Below, one piece after another: positions 14,801 through 28,200 of a DNA stretch of 64,000 nucleotides (position 1 is its first letter; each line of letters opens with the position of its first letter). The DNA is from Vicugna vicugna (taxonomy: Eukaryota). Both the position numbers and the translations under genes were made by a program. Where the stretch lies: the NCBI GenBank assembly GCA_013265495.1, contig MU058037.1:1675498-1739497 (forward strand). Reading direction: 5' to 3'. Under the pieces are notes generated by a model, which was not told the DNA's origin, did no database searches, and saw nothing but the letters and a program-made list of their open reading frames with translations.

Positions 14801-17761
14801 ACGGATGGCCATTACTACAGCAAAACTTGTCAGAGGCAAAAAGAGATGATTTTTCTCAACAAGTGATGAGGTCATTATCAAATAGGACAATAATGACGAC
14901 TGGTAATACACAGAAATAGACACAAGTAGGCTTATGTTTTGTTGCTAAATCATGTCTTTTACAAGCTTACCAGTCCCAATTAGGAAATATATTTATAGTG
15001 ACACTCAAGGATCAACAAATATTTGCCTTAAATTTATAAACCACAAAAGAACAAATTTTTCATACTGTAAGCTAGTCAAATTTTTTAACCGAGTGCAAAG
15101 AAAAAAGACTATTACAAACTAATTGCTTATTTGAATAAATCTCTAATTGCCTGTTTAAAGGATAGGTATTTAGAAAACTTCGTAATTTTCCAAAACATGA
15201 AGTCTATAGAGAAACTCACCAGCCTAAACGAGCACAATTAGTCTCATCCTTCACAATATTACCATCAATTATAAATGAGTGCTGTGGGAAGTTCTTCAAA
15301 AAAAGGGAAAAAAAATCACAAACAATACAAAGTCATGTTCTTTATCATTAAGCATTTCTCAAAGAGCTCCTAAAATATGAGAATCTTCTAGTATTTCTCA
15401 TAATTCCTCTCTGCTCAATAAAATTCTCCTTTATTATGATAGTATTCTATTGTAATCACCACCAGTTAGGGAAGTGGGGCTCCTCCTTTCAACAATCGAA
15501 CTGGAAAAGGGTGTCAGGGAGCACTGCTTTCCTTTTGTTCCACCCAGATGTCAAATTCCTACCCGTGGACTAGAATCAGAAATACCAGAAAATAAGAAAG
15601 GAAGGAGGAAAAAGTTCTAAAGAGATACCTATGAGAGGAGAGAGGGAGGACATCATAGATTTGGCTAAATACTGTGTCAAAGAAACAATTTGACAGACTT
15701 GCTCTTTTTTTTTTTTTTTTAATCTTGCCCTCACTCCTTACCACAGAGACAACATCGCTTCTCTAGTCACAAATTAACCTCCATCACATCTGTTTCTTAG
15801 CTGATTGCAAGTGCTTGCCAGGAATTTAAGAATTAACTTTTAGATGACATTTGCAAAGTTCCAAGTCAGATTTAATCCTAGATTCATATGGCTGGAGACC
15901 CAACAGTTAATGGAGCTTAATGTTCTTGTGATCCTTCTGATTAAATTACTGCTCAAAAGCCTAGTTTCATAGACAGCAGTTTATAAGAAGAGAAAGATGC
16001 ATGGACATCATCTTCACTCAGTTCTCAGGATTTAAAAGCTGTCTAACATGAAATGTAACTGAAGATCACTAGATACTGATGTCATATGAGAACACAATTT
16101 TAAAAAATTACCTCCACAAAACACAAAGACTAAAGAATCAGCTCTTCCAGGGACAGGAGACTAAGGAAGAAGGGGAGAAAAAAGAATGTGAGGGTTGGGG
16201 GAGGTTAGAGCAAGGGCAAAGACCCAACACATGTAATGACTTTATATTATGCAAAGCCCTACCCAAAAACTTCTGAGCTTGGTCCAACAAAAGTGTATTC
16301 ACTCACTCTCCTATGAGACTTCAGTCACTGCCTGAAAGCAGCTGTGCAAACAATCTTTTAGCAAGCTTTTATTTCAATTGAATCCCAAATCTCTCCACTG
16401 GTTAATTTCAATAAAAAGACCCTGAGGGATGCAAGATTTGCATACACATAAATATGCTACTATTGACTGCAGCACAGGCCTATACTCAAGACAGCTGTAA
16501 ATCAACCTGGGAAAGGAACCCAGGGCTTAGGAAGAATCATCTTGAGCAGGCACAAACTAAGCTATTTCCTGAACTGTCTTGCAAATGCTATAAATACAAA
16601 AAGTAAAACAAGCTACAGAAATACTGGTAGACATTTCTAAATGCATATTAAAAAGATTAATATTATCTTTCTATTTTAATTTTATAGCTGAGTCAAAACT
16701 GCTCCTTTTCCAAAGGCAATAAATAGTTCACTACTCATAACTTGACAGTAGGCTATGGAATTCAAGGTATTTTTCCAGAAATGGAAAAAATTTTGAAGCG
16801 ACCTAGGGTGAATATGAATTTTTCATTTCAAGAAAGAAAATATGAATTATGCTAAAATATGTAACAATGTGAGAAAAGCTACAATTACTTTTTATTGTCA
16901 GCAGCCTCCCAGGAAACATGTTCTCTTTGGTTATAGCATCACAGATTAAAAGTCATTTAGGAAGAGTGTGATTCATTCAATAATGATAAAGGCAACATTA
17001 AATTCCTGTTGAAGTTTTAGATATTTCTAGTTATGAACAAAGCACTCTAATCCTGACCTCACAGTGCTATTAATCCAAAAAAAGGTATAAAATTCAAAAC
17101 AAAACCTTGCATTTCTATTCAAAACTGAGTCATGTCAAGAACTGATTTCATTATTTTTCACGGCAATCTCAAACCTTGTCAAAAAGGAGGAGAAAAACAA
17201 CCAAATTACTTCTGCTTGACTAGGAGGGGCATGCAGTTGGTGACAATCTTGTAAGGACACAACAATAGGAAAAAAAAAAAGAAACTTAAAGATGATTTTT
17301 TTAAAAGCCTACCATAAAAAACAGAACAGAACTAATCTGCAGAAACTGGTGATGTCTGGAAGAAAGCGTGGCCCAGTACCCCACTTGCTGTACTATGGCA
17401 TCTTTTCTTCAACACATACAGGGTAGTCCAGCCTGAAGGTTAACTAATTCAACCTTGAGCAGCTAATGAATATCCTTACTAGGGGAATTTCTTCTGGAAT
17501 AAGATTTATTTCTTTATCCCTTATTTCTAACTTTTAATAATTTTTAGAGTACAACCTTAACTACAGGTTTACATTTGCTTCAAAATATCTTATAGCTCTT
17601 AGATTTATTTCAGAAATAATAAAGTTCTAATACATGTCCCACAATTAAAAGCGTTGGCAGACTCTGTCAAATGGGAAAAGAAGAGCTAGTAAAGCCAGAA
17701 AATCAAGTGTTACACTGAGGAGCAAAACCAATGAAACTTTTCAATTTATGGTTCTTATACA

Positions 17762-18235
17762 TGTGAACAAAAAATACTGCAAATCGTACCAGTAAACAAA
17801 GAATGCTGAAGCCATCAAGTCATCAGCCGCTGTCACTACCCGCTAGTGAAGACAAGCCTGCAGCCCAGCCTCTGCAGCCACTCACAATGGTGCCCTCTGA
17901 GGGGACTCAGAATAAGAAAGGACAGGATACTGGCCCTAGATAGCTAGATGCTTGTCAAAGGAATCAATTCAATGAGCCCAAATGTTTGCTCCCTCCCATA
18001 CATAGAGAAGTGCTAAATTCTTTAACCTGAGATGTCTGATCTTCAGTTAACAAGTAATCTTTTAATGTTCCAACTACCTGGTCTTTGTTGTAAAGCTCCT
18101 AGCTCCTCCCCTACCTCTTCGGAGCAGTCCCTCAGAGGATCTGAGAGGCTGTCATCCTGGGATTAGTCCTCAGAATTGTACACCGAATAAAACATAACTC
18201 TCAGCTTTTAGGTTGTACATTTATTTCAATCGACA
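17762..18235 (+). mobile_element. Solo LTR (ERV1-like), 474 bp
   Basis: TG...CA termini (TGTGAA...TCGACA), perfect 4-bp TSD TACA (17758-17761 and 18236-18239), AATAAA at 18186-18191. Confidence 0.85.
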
Positions 18236-18989
18236 TACATTTTGATCATTAAGACAAGAAAAAGGGGAGGATAACACAGACCACACTTAACATTTTGTTT
18301 TAAAAACAGGCCTTACATTAACAACAGGATTAATATTCCTTGCATATGTGGAAGACCCGAAGAAGACTGCACACTTGGACTTCTAATCACTATAAACTGA
18401 AGAGAGACAAGAACCTAAATCTCCTACTCCCATCTCTGCTGGTCTTGAAAGGAAAGATTAGAGACAATGGAATACTCTCTGGCCCATCTAGCAGTGGTCC
18501 AACGGTTTCCCTTCTCCACTTCTTTATTCTCAGAGGCTCGCTTTATGCATTTTCAGAGGAATACAAAAAAAGTTTTCAGGAAATATCTACATAATAATGG
18601 GGGCTGATGCTTTAATGGTTCAATTAAAATGTTAATGGTATCATCAGTACATCAATAAATAAACTGAAATCAACTCAAAACAGAATTAACTTTTTACTGC
18701 TAAAATTATATTTTTATTATAAAATATGAAAGCAAGTTACTTGACAAACTAAGTTACTAAGTGAAAATATGTAAAAATCATCCTCCACATAAATTTGTTT
18801 CCTAGAAGATAGAAAGCTAAATCCTTAAGCCTCAGAGACCACGAATGATCATTTCCTTAAACTAACTTTTCTAAACCAATCGTTAGGATTTATAAAAATA
18901 TGGGACATTTATTTTTTAATTACAAAATTTAATTATAAATTAATGGTTAATATATCAATTAGCCAGACCTTATTAAATATAAAGACACG

Positions 18990-19965
18990 TTTAGAACAAT
19001 TCAGAATCATGATCAACTATAAAAGTTAAACTTAAGAACCATTCCCATTAAGGTCAAGAAATATTCAACATCGAACAGTGGCTTAGTCAACACAAAAAAG
19101 TAAGAAAAAGTAGGAGTTACGGATATTAAGAGAAAAAACTATCAACATATGCATAATACGATTGCTTAGAATATTCAAGAAAATCAACTGAAAAACTATT
19201 AGACTAAGCAGGTTTATTAAAGTGCTCTAAAACAAGAGCAGTATACAATAACTTCCCTATACACAACAAAGACAATTAGAAAATGTAATGAAAAAAATTC
19301 CATTCACAATAGGAACAAAAACAACAAACTACCTAGAGAAAAAAAGCTAACAAAAATGTAGAAGACACTTTTTTTTTTAATCTATCAAATTTCACTGAAG
19401 GATATAAAAGGAGATCCAAGTAAATAAAGGACACACACATTTCTGGATGAGAAGACCCAATAGTGGATGGATATTAATTTTCCCCTAGTTAACCTATAAA
19501 TTCTATGTCACCTCAGTCAAAATCTTAATTTTTTTTTTTTTTGGTGAGACTCGACGATTTGAACCTATATTTCATATGAAAAGAAAAATAAGCAATAACC
19601 AAGAAATATCTGAAAGAGGATAACATGGTTGCTGATAGGGGGAGGACTTGCCATTCAGATAGCAAACATTCTATAAAGCAACACTAATTCAAAACTGCAC
19701 TAAAATAAATAGATAAATAAACCAAAAAAGAACCCAGAGACTTTAACTTTATATATTGTACTTAAATTTTTTTTCTCATATTGAAAAGCTTAATCAAGGT
19801 TTAAAAAATGAATTACTGGAAAAAAATACAGGACAAGATTTAAGAATAGTGGAATGGAAAAGGTCCTCCTAAGCAAGATACAACACCAAGTAGCCATAGA
19901 TGGGGGAAAAAAGTGACAGATAAGGCTACATTAAAGTTTAAATGTTTTCCTGAAAAAAAGATACT
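18990..19965 (+). mobile_element. Highly decayed L1 (L1ME-like) ORF2 fragments
   Basis: 'ccattcccattaaggtcaagaa', 'aaaatcaactgaaaaactattagactaa', 'ccattcacaatag', 'ggaggacttgcc'. Confidence 0.7.
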
Positions 19966-21104
19966 TAGGGTACTTTTTCAAACTACACACATGAACCTTA
20001 GCTTCAGCTAAAAATCTCATTTTTTTCCCTTTCTCCCTTTACTCCTTTTAAGATGCTAGGCTTTAGCAAGCCACTATTTCTTATAGAAGTGTGCTGCATT
20101 TCTTGCAGATAGACCCAGAATCAGTCTTTCTTTTCCTTTCAAAGCAAATTCTATGAAAGGTTAGTGATTAAGTGTGCCGATTCTTTCAACTGATTAGGCT
20201 ATTCTTGCAATCTAGTTTATGTACCTATTGCTGCATGTTTCTATTTATGAATATAGAAGATGCAATGGAAAACCCTATGTGGAATAATATGTTACATAAT
20301 GCTATTTTCTGGAAGTAGTTTTTAAAAATGTACCAGTTTACCCTTTGTACTGACATGTGGTTTAAGTGAAGTACACAGCAACTGTATAAACAATGGAAAC
20401 TCATATACTGGAGTCAATATAATAACCCTCATTTAGGATTAAGATTATACATTTAACCCCAGATACTTAGTAAGACCAGCTGTGGGACTACCTGCCATTT
20501 TTGTATTTCCAGAACAGAACTTAGCTCACAGACGGTATTTAGTACATGTTTACATAATAAATATCCTTTGCTTTATTTTAAAACTCAACATAGATTTAAA
20601 GTTAGTTTTGTGAGGTTTCTTTAAATTTTGAGAGATATTCTCCTTTCAAAACCTTTATGTAGTGAACAATCACTAGTTAACTCATTTCTCTCTATAGCTG
20701 AACTTTACACTCATCAGCCATAGTCACAAGTAGAATTTAACATAGTTTCCTTGTCTCATCATCATGGAATCTGAGTTGCCAATGATATTTTATGGAGTTA
20801 GATAACCATACTAAAGTTCATGTAAAAAAACTAAGGGCAGAATTGCTAATGTACATCAACATATCATGGTCATCGGGAGTGAGTCTATTCTTAAATAATA
20901 CCAGTATGAAGCCATAGTTTTAGCAGTGATGTTTTTAAAAAGAGAATACATATGCTGGGTGATGAGACAGAATATAGGAGAAGTTATTTCCCCTATGCCT
21001 GTCACTTGTGAATGATCATATCTGCAAAATGAAGGAAGAAATACGCCATTTTAAAAGGAAAATTTTCTACTGTATGGAAATTTTCTTTAAAAATGTAGAC
21101 TGAG

Positions 21105-21410
21105 GTTAAAATCTTGGGTTTTTCTAGTACTTTTGTAGTTTCACTTTTTACATTTAGATCTCAACCATTTGGAGGCTATCTTGTGTATGGCAGGAGGTAT
21201 GGATCTAATTTTACCTTTATCATATAGTAAATTTCTGTATGTGCTGGGGTCTAGCTCTGGGCTTTCTAATCTACACCACTCATATACTTGCCTATCCATG
21301 GGCTGGCACCATGCTGTTTTTATTATAGAGGCTTTATAATGTTTTAATATTTAGTAAAGCTAATCCCACCTTACTGTTTTTCTTTTTCCATGTTTCCCGG
21401 CTCTTCTTTT
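21105..21410 (-). mobile_element. Old L1 ORF2 fragment
   Basis: The reverse complement reads 'aaatattaaaacattataaagcc...ttagatccatacctc...agatctaaatgtaaaaagtgaaactacaaaagtactagaa'. Confidence 0.7.
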
Positions 21411-21964
21411 CTTATAAAGTTTTAGGTTTGATAATTAATATATTCAATCATGAACTAAAAGATTCAACAGATTTAGTTAAGAATTATGTCCTAAACATAA
21501 TTAGGATAGTAAAAATTAAATTATGTCAAATAAATATGAAAATTTCACTGTCTACTATTTTAGCATGATCTTTTAACATAAATATTTAAGAGCTAACTAA
21601 ATGTCAACTATTTTCATGCTCTGGAATACTAAAAAATGTATTTTTATTTGTAAGATGTAGTATAAGATACATGCTTATTTGCCATTAAAATTTCAGATTA
21701 GTTGCTAGACTAGAAATGGAAAAAAATCACAAAGATAAATTTTCTTTAAAAATATTAACTCTATTAGGCATCATCATAAATCCAAATATAGCCTTTGGCA
21801 TAAGCATTTACATTACTTAAACCGAATATGAACCTAAACTAAATCATTCTAAAATATTAATGATTTATTCTAATTTTCTCAATTTTATTGGATAAGCAAA
21901 ACCGGGAATTTTATGAAGTTTCCTTTAACTTCCTATAGGCTTCAATTCCATGTCCTTACTTACC

Positions 21965-22060
21965 CAAGGACACCACATAGAGTTGTGCAGGTTGTGCACT
22001 GCAAACTTGCACAACCATATAGGATAGTAAAAGGCTACACAAGTCAAAGTGGCAGCCCTG
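21965..22060. mobile_element. MER91-like MITE (hAT)
   Basis: Imperfect TIRs CAAGGACACCAC...GTGGCAGCCCTG and the internal motif 'gttgtgcaggttgtgcactgca'. Confidence 0.6.
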
Positions 22061-22109
22061 TTTTTGCCCTTTTTGCTATCAGAGTAGAAAAACACTTCTT
22101 AAAAACAAG

Positions 22110-23472
22110 CACGGTGTCCAAGAATTCAATTCAACTCAATTCTGACACTACCTACCCAGAGATAGCATCAGATTCCACATGTAAAGGGCTCAAGTTCCAT
22201 AAGACTCCCCTCCAATTCAGAGGCTAATCGCAAGCCCAGGTTGTTACCTGTGCTTCTGACCCACCAGTTACAAACTGGAGGTTCCAACAATCTCCTCCAA
22301 CTCAGGGTGCCAACTGCAAGTCCAGATTGTTACTGAAAATGAGCAGGACCCTGCTGGACCCTCCCAGGTACAAAAGCCCCTCTGTGTTTCTTGTTTCTTG
22401 TTTGTAGAAAAAGGCCTTACTTTTCTAGGCCCTCCAAGAGTTCCAAAGAGCACACTCAAGGAATTATTAATCAGTCAAGCAAGAAAAGTAATAATAGCTT
22501 AAACAACAGTTCAGCAATAAAACAGTCCTAGTTCCTAAGACTCCCCTCCGCCCCGGTAGAAGATGATGACTACATGACGACTACAAGCACACAAACTCCA
22601 GATTGGTTGGAATGAGAAAGGCTGATGATTAAGATTCCCAAAACATCACCCCGTTACCTCGCCATCAACCCATCAGAAGAAAGTCGCACACCCTGCTACC
22701 CTCACCCCACAAGGCTTTAAAAATCCTTCCCTGAAAGCGGTCAAGGAGTTCAGGTTTTTAAGCATGAGCTGCCCATTCTCCTTGCTTAGCATTCTGCAAT
22801 AAACACTGCACTTCACCACAACCTCTTGTCAGTAGACTGACTTCACTGCATGGTGGGCAAGTGGATCCAAGTTTGGTTCATTAACATTACCTCTACTCCT
22901 GATCAACTGGCTATGAATCAACGGTTCCCACAACCCCCTCCTTAAGCTCCATTAATTTGCTAGAAAAGCTCACAGAACTCAGAAATATTTCACCTACCAG
23001 ATTACCAGTTTGTTATAAAAGAACATAACTCAGGAACAGGCAGATGGCAGATGCTTAGGGCAGGGTATGGGGAAAGGGCGAGGAACTTCCAAGTTCTCTC
23101 TGAGTAGGCCACTCTCCTCAACTCTCCATGTGTTCACCACCTGGATGCTCTCTGAACCCTGTCCTCTTGGGGGTTTATGGGAGCTTCACTACACAGGCAC
23201 TATTGATTAAATCACTGGTCACTGATGATTGAACTCAATCTCAAAGCCCTCTCTCCTTCCCAGGGGTTGGGAGGTAGGACTGAAGATTCCAACCCTCTAA
23301 CCACATGACTGGCTCCACTGGCAAGGAGCCCACATCCTTAGGTGCAGCCCAAAAGTCACCTCATTAACATAACAAAACACCTTTATTGCTTCTTAAGAAG
23401 TTCCAAGGATTTTAGGAGCTCTGGGTCAGAAACTGAGGAAGGGGAAATATGTATTTCTTATTATATATCACA
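22110..23472 (-). mobile_element. MER21-like LTR, interrupted by a younger LTR
   Basis: The reverse complement starts TGTGATATATAATAAGAAATACAT...CAGAGCTCCTAAAATCCTTGGAA and includes GTGTCAGAATTGAGTTGAATTG. Confidence 0.8.
22334..22886 (+). mobile_element. Solo LTR (ERV1-like) nested inside the MER21-like LTR
   Basis: TG...CA ends, flanking TTAC duplication (22330-22333 and 22887-22890), AATAAA at 22798-22803. The host sequence resumes after it. Confidence 0.8.
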
Positions 23473-24994
23473 CTCCCTAAACCCACAAGTGGTATTTGTT
23501 TGGCTTTGAAAAAGGCCAAAATGAATCATCTCTGAGCTGGATCTTAGTACAGTTCATATTACCAGCATTTTGGTTAAGCGTTTGTAGAGTTAGATAAATA
23601 TCAAGAAATATGAACATATATTATTTCCAATTTAAAAACCCTCTATTTTTGACCACATAATACAAAAAGTGAAAAGGTTGCTGCCTACACGTACAAATTT
23701 CAGCTATTGGACTAGCCTTTCAGTGGGCTATACAACCTTCTCACTTTTTCTTTAATCATTTCTTAACCCAATTTTCTAAGCTCATTCATTCTAATACTAT
23801 TAGTATCGCTAACATCCTGGCTTACAATAGAACTCCTAATTTAACAAATCACTGCTCAGAAAAGATACATCTTGGCCAAAAGGAACAAGCTTGAACAATG
23901 CATAGCTGTGGCTTAAAATCCAAGGTGTTAATAAGAGGGACTAAAAGAGTTTAAAACTGTATTTGCATACTTCTACTACTGCAAAACACTTGTAAAGAAC
24001 TTAGGAAAAAAGGAGTGACTAAAACATATAAAAGTTTTTAAATGTTCTTTCACTCACTCTTCTGATTCATAATGAATCTTCCAAATTTAGGCAAGTCTGC
24101 TCAAAAATATTAGGAAAATTTATTCATGTAAAATGGTATTTCCTGTATATATTTTGATTTGGTTTTTCGTTCAGGCAACAACCTTTGTACTTTTAGTTAA
24201 CAGAAAAGCTTTCAAAAATGTTTAATTTATACAAACAGATAAAAAGAAAGTCTCTGCTCCTGAAATTAAATAAAATACATCTTTCTTAGGTCTTAAAAGG
24301 GAGGAAGAAAAGAAAAACTTCCTGCCCTGCCCCTAAATTTACATGTGAGATACAAGTCAAAGAGTAGTAGTTATCTTAGATCAGGTTTTATTAGCTGGGC
24401 TGATTTTATTTATTAGCTCATTCACAAATATTTACTGTATGAGTGTGCCAGATACAACTCTTAAAGTCTTCTGAAACTCAGACACTGCTAAGTCTGAATA
24501 AAATACTATATATAACCAAATGAAAACATGTGGAATTCTACATTTCAGAAGTATGATATTTTTTAATGGTTAGAACAGGACTATTCAAGAACATTAAGGC
24601 ATGAGTTGCATAATCAGAAATTTTTGTATGAATAGGCCATGTTCAGTTGAATGGTCCATTCTTAGCAGAGTCTTGATTCTCACTCAAGTGTAAATTAAGT
24701 GCTTATGGAATCTTTATGTCTATTTTCATCTTTTCAGTAATCTTTTCTTTTTTTCTAGTTTCATTATGTAACTTCAGTAAAATTAAATTAGAATGGCTTA
24801 AAAAATACCTCATTATTTACATTCAGTGTCAATTATAGTAATTAACTATTTGCAGACTAGTGTTATGGCACATGGTGATAACAAGAATAACTTTTGTCCA
24901 GTTCCTACTATGATTTTTGCATACAGTATCACCTCCTGACTACAACCCTCTTTAATGGGTGGTGTTAGTAGTTTTTATTTAGAGCCAATGTTTA

Positions 24995-25210
24995 TTTAGA
25001 ACTTACTAAGTATTAGTGACTAAGGTTTGTCTTCTGCATAGATAACTTCATTTAAATCTCAGTTTTCTTTAAGGTAGGTGTTATTTCCTCACTTTAAAAA
25101 GGAGGAAGAGTTTATTATGTGCCCAAATCCATACAACCAATAAGCAGCAAAACTAGAATTTAAATCTAGGTATATTTAGCTTCAAAGTCCACATTTTCCC
25201 CACTGTAATA
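24995..25210 (-). mobile_element. MIR fragment
   Basis: 'ttcatttaaatctc...aaggtaggtgttatttcctcacttt...ctagaatttaaatctagg'. Confidence 0.55.
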
Positions 25211-28200
25211 CAGTGACCACTGGAGCAGATTGCTGGAGGTGGTTAGTTATACAATGGTGATGGTGGACACGCCTGACAGGAGTTTAAATTAATGTGATCA
25301 AATAGTATAAATAATTCTGACAAAACTTAAAATTAGAATGGGGACATTCTGATCACCTAAGGAAAAGAATAACTGAACTATCAAAAAGGTTTTTATGTTA
25401 TATCCCAATGTTTACAAGCAACTTTTAAAAATAGCTAATTATGTAGCAACACGTTATATTTTACTATTAAAAAACTAAGCAACCCACATACAAATAAAAA
25501 TATTACCCAACCATACAGAATTAGCTCTGATATAATTACTAAATTACGTGTGTCAAGTATGACTACAAAGAGAGAGGGAAAATTGTCTCTAAAACAAATT
25601 TCCTTTCATCTGAAGGATATACATACAATTAATTTTCATGTAAAAAATATAAGGGATAATTTGAGGATGTACATTCAATAAGAAAGAAGCCATTCAATTA
25701 AAGGTTTCGTTTGTTTTTATAAGGTACTTATTTTAGTCATACTGACACTGAAAACGATATTAGTAAAATACCCTAAAGTGGTATTTATGCTTTAAGGTTG
25801 TTTATTTGAGTAGGTGGAGGTAGGCAGTTTCTGGTTCCAAATTTTATTGGTATTTATGAGGGCAATCAAACAAGTTTTCTAATATTGTATTACTGTTCCA
25901 CATAATTGCATAAATACTTAAGATATACATATAAATTAGAAGTCAAGCAAATATCTAGGTTAAATTAACAGCTGTATATATATGACAGACAGATAAGGAA
26001 AAACATTAAGGGTCATATTCCAGTGTTTTCTGGGTTGTTGAGACAGGTTAACACACTAAAAAAATACAGGAACAAGACACAATTCTTTAGCTCTTTACCC
26101 TACAAGGTGCTTTAGTTTTACCATGTCAGCTTACGTTAAAACACAATTACAAATTTGTGAAATAAGCATAACTAAATTAATAATTCAAAACTGCTCATTC
26201 AAGTAAGTCATAGTCCAGCTTTTATACTCCTTAACATTAATTTTTCCTGGGACTTAGACATCAGAGAAACATTTCAGTTACACCATGTGCCGGTTTGCCA
26301 TTTGTCATGGAACATGAAGAGCCCAGGTGGCTGCCAATGATGCAAACTTTTCCTACTGGTCCCAGAAGCATGACTCAGTGCTTGTCCTGAGGTGACCACA
26401 CTTCTTATGGTGGCAGGAAAAGTGTTATTATTCCATCTTTGACAGCAGCTATCAGAAAATGTGCATAACACCACAGTTCATTCTCAAGTGATTAAGTTAC
26501 ATAATTCTGACTTTCTTAAAAGGATGACAAATCTTTAAAAATACAATATCTAAAAATTAACACGTAAAAGAAAGCAATTCCTAAAGGACAGCAAATGCCA
26601 TTAGAAAGAAATTTAGAATAGAAAACACACAATAGCATTTCAGTGGTGAAAGAAAAAGTACTTTTACATTTTCATCTAGTTACTGAATAGTTGACAGCAC
26701 ACCTAAAACAAGAGAACTAACTACACACATATTAAACTTGAAAAAAATCCATTTGTTTCCATTTTGTTAATTTATTTAGTCACTTCTCCCTATTTGGCAT
26801 TTATATGTTTGTCAAAAAATAATTACCGAAATCTCACTATGGTAATGAAATTTACTTACCTTATCAAACCACAGATAAATGGAGATGTCACACTGCGAAG
26901 TTACTCTAGATTTTAAATAAACATTCTTTGAAATCAGAGACTCCAACTGTTGAGGCTTTAACTAACACTGAGATATAGAAATGCTGGAGAGAGAAAGGAA
27001 TGAGAACGGAATAAACGATGCAATATCTACTAAATAGAAGGAGGAAACAACATTTAAAATAGGCGCCAAGGAGGACATCACAACTAAGTGAACTCTACGA
27101 ACAAATTTTAAAATAATTCAGTGGCCTTGGTCTTTCAAACACACTTTTTGATGTATCAAAGACAGCTATTTGTATTTAGTAGGGACTAATTTATTCTACT
27201 ATATTAATTCCAGTAGTATGAATGAGGTTACTTAAGTTATATACAGTCGAAGACCACAGGGTCAAAAATTATTCCACATTTAGAGTTTTAGGTGCATGGA
27301 TATCATTCATAATTAAAATGGCAAATTATTAAAATAAGTGAATTGTAATAGACTACTGAGTATAGCAAACCACTTATTCGGTTCTAAACAGACCACAAAA
27401 TCTACTCTGTTCAGATTTGGGTTTAATCCTGTTGCACTGGACTATGCTAACAAACTCCAAAGCCTTAGAAAATGAGATTTAAAATCACTGAGTCATAGCA
27501 CACAGAGATTAGAAGACCATCAGAAGTTTTTCTAGCAGTTAATAGCATTTTAACTCCCTATAAATGGGGTTTGGCATTCTCTGAATCTTACATTTGATTA
27601 TGTGAAATGAAATCTAAACCAAACATTCTTAATGAGGGGATTATTCTATGAAGTAGGCTTGTTGCATGTGTTAATCAAGACGTGCTCTAGCTTTGACACC
27701 AGTGATCAAAAGAATTCGGTCTCTTTTGTTCCTAACAGAGATGTCCTTATAACAATAAAAAAATCTATGTATCATACCCTTTCTGAACTTCCATGTAGTA
27801 GGTTCTTTTCGTAATTTTGTTACTAGAAAGATATGTGAGTCTAGACAAGTCCTTTAACCTCTTTGAGCTCAGTTGCTTACATGTAATAGGATGATGGCAC
27901 AGGATCAAGAGATTTGTATAAATTGTTTCTGGTTTTAACTTTCTATCAATTCATCTCACAGAGAACAAGAGTGTCAGTGTACAGAGAAACTAAGCATGTT
28001 CTTTTATAAAAGAAATGTTACAAACTGTTTTAACTAATGATGTATTTCAGTAAAGGCACATAAGAACTGCATTTCAGTTTGTTTCAACTTTGCCTATCAA
28101 ATATAATTAAAACCATAAATGTTAAAGGTCTATAAACAAAACTGTAAATTTTGTTAAGAATTTAAGAGATGTACTACATTCATAAATACAAAGCTATTTG

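Noticed and set aside
19965..21060. Possible retrocopied 3' UTR or local inversion between two L1 fragments
   Set aside because: No TSD, poly(A) tail or recognisable parent gene, and the strand skew was inconsistent on inspection.
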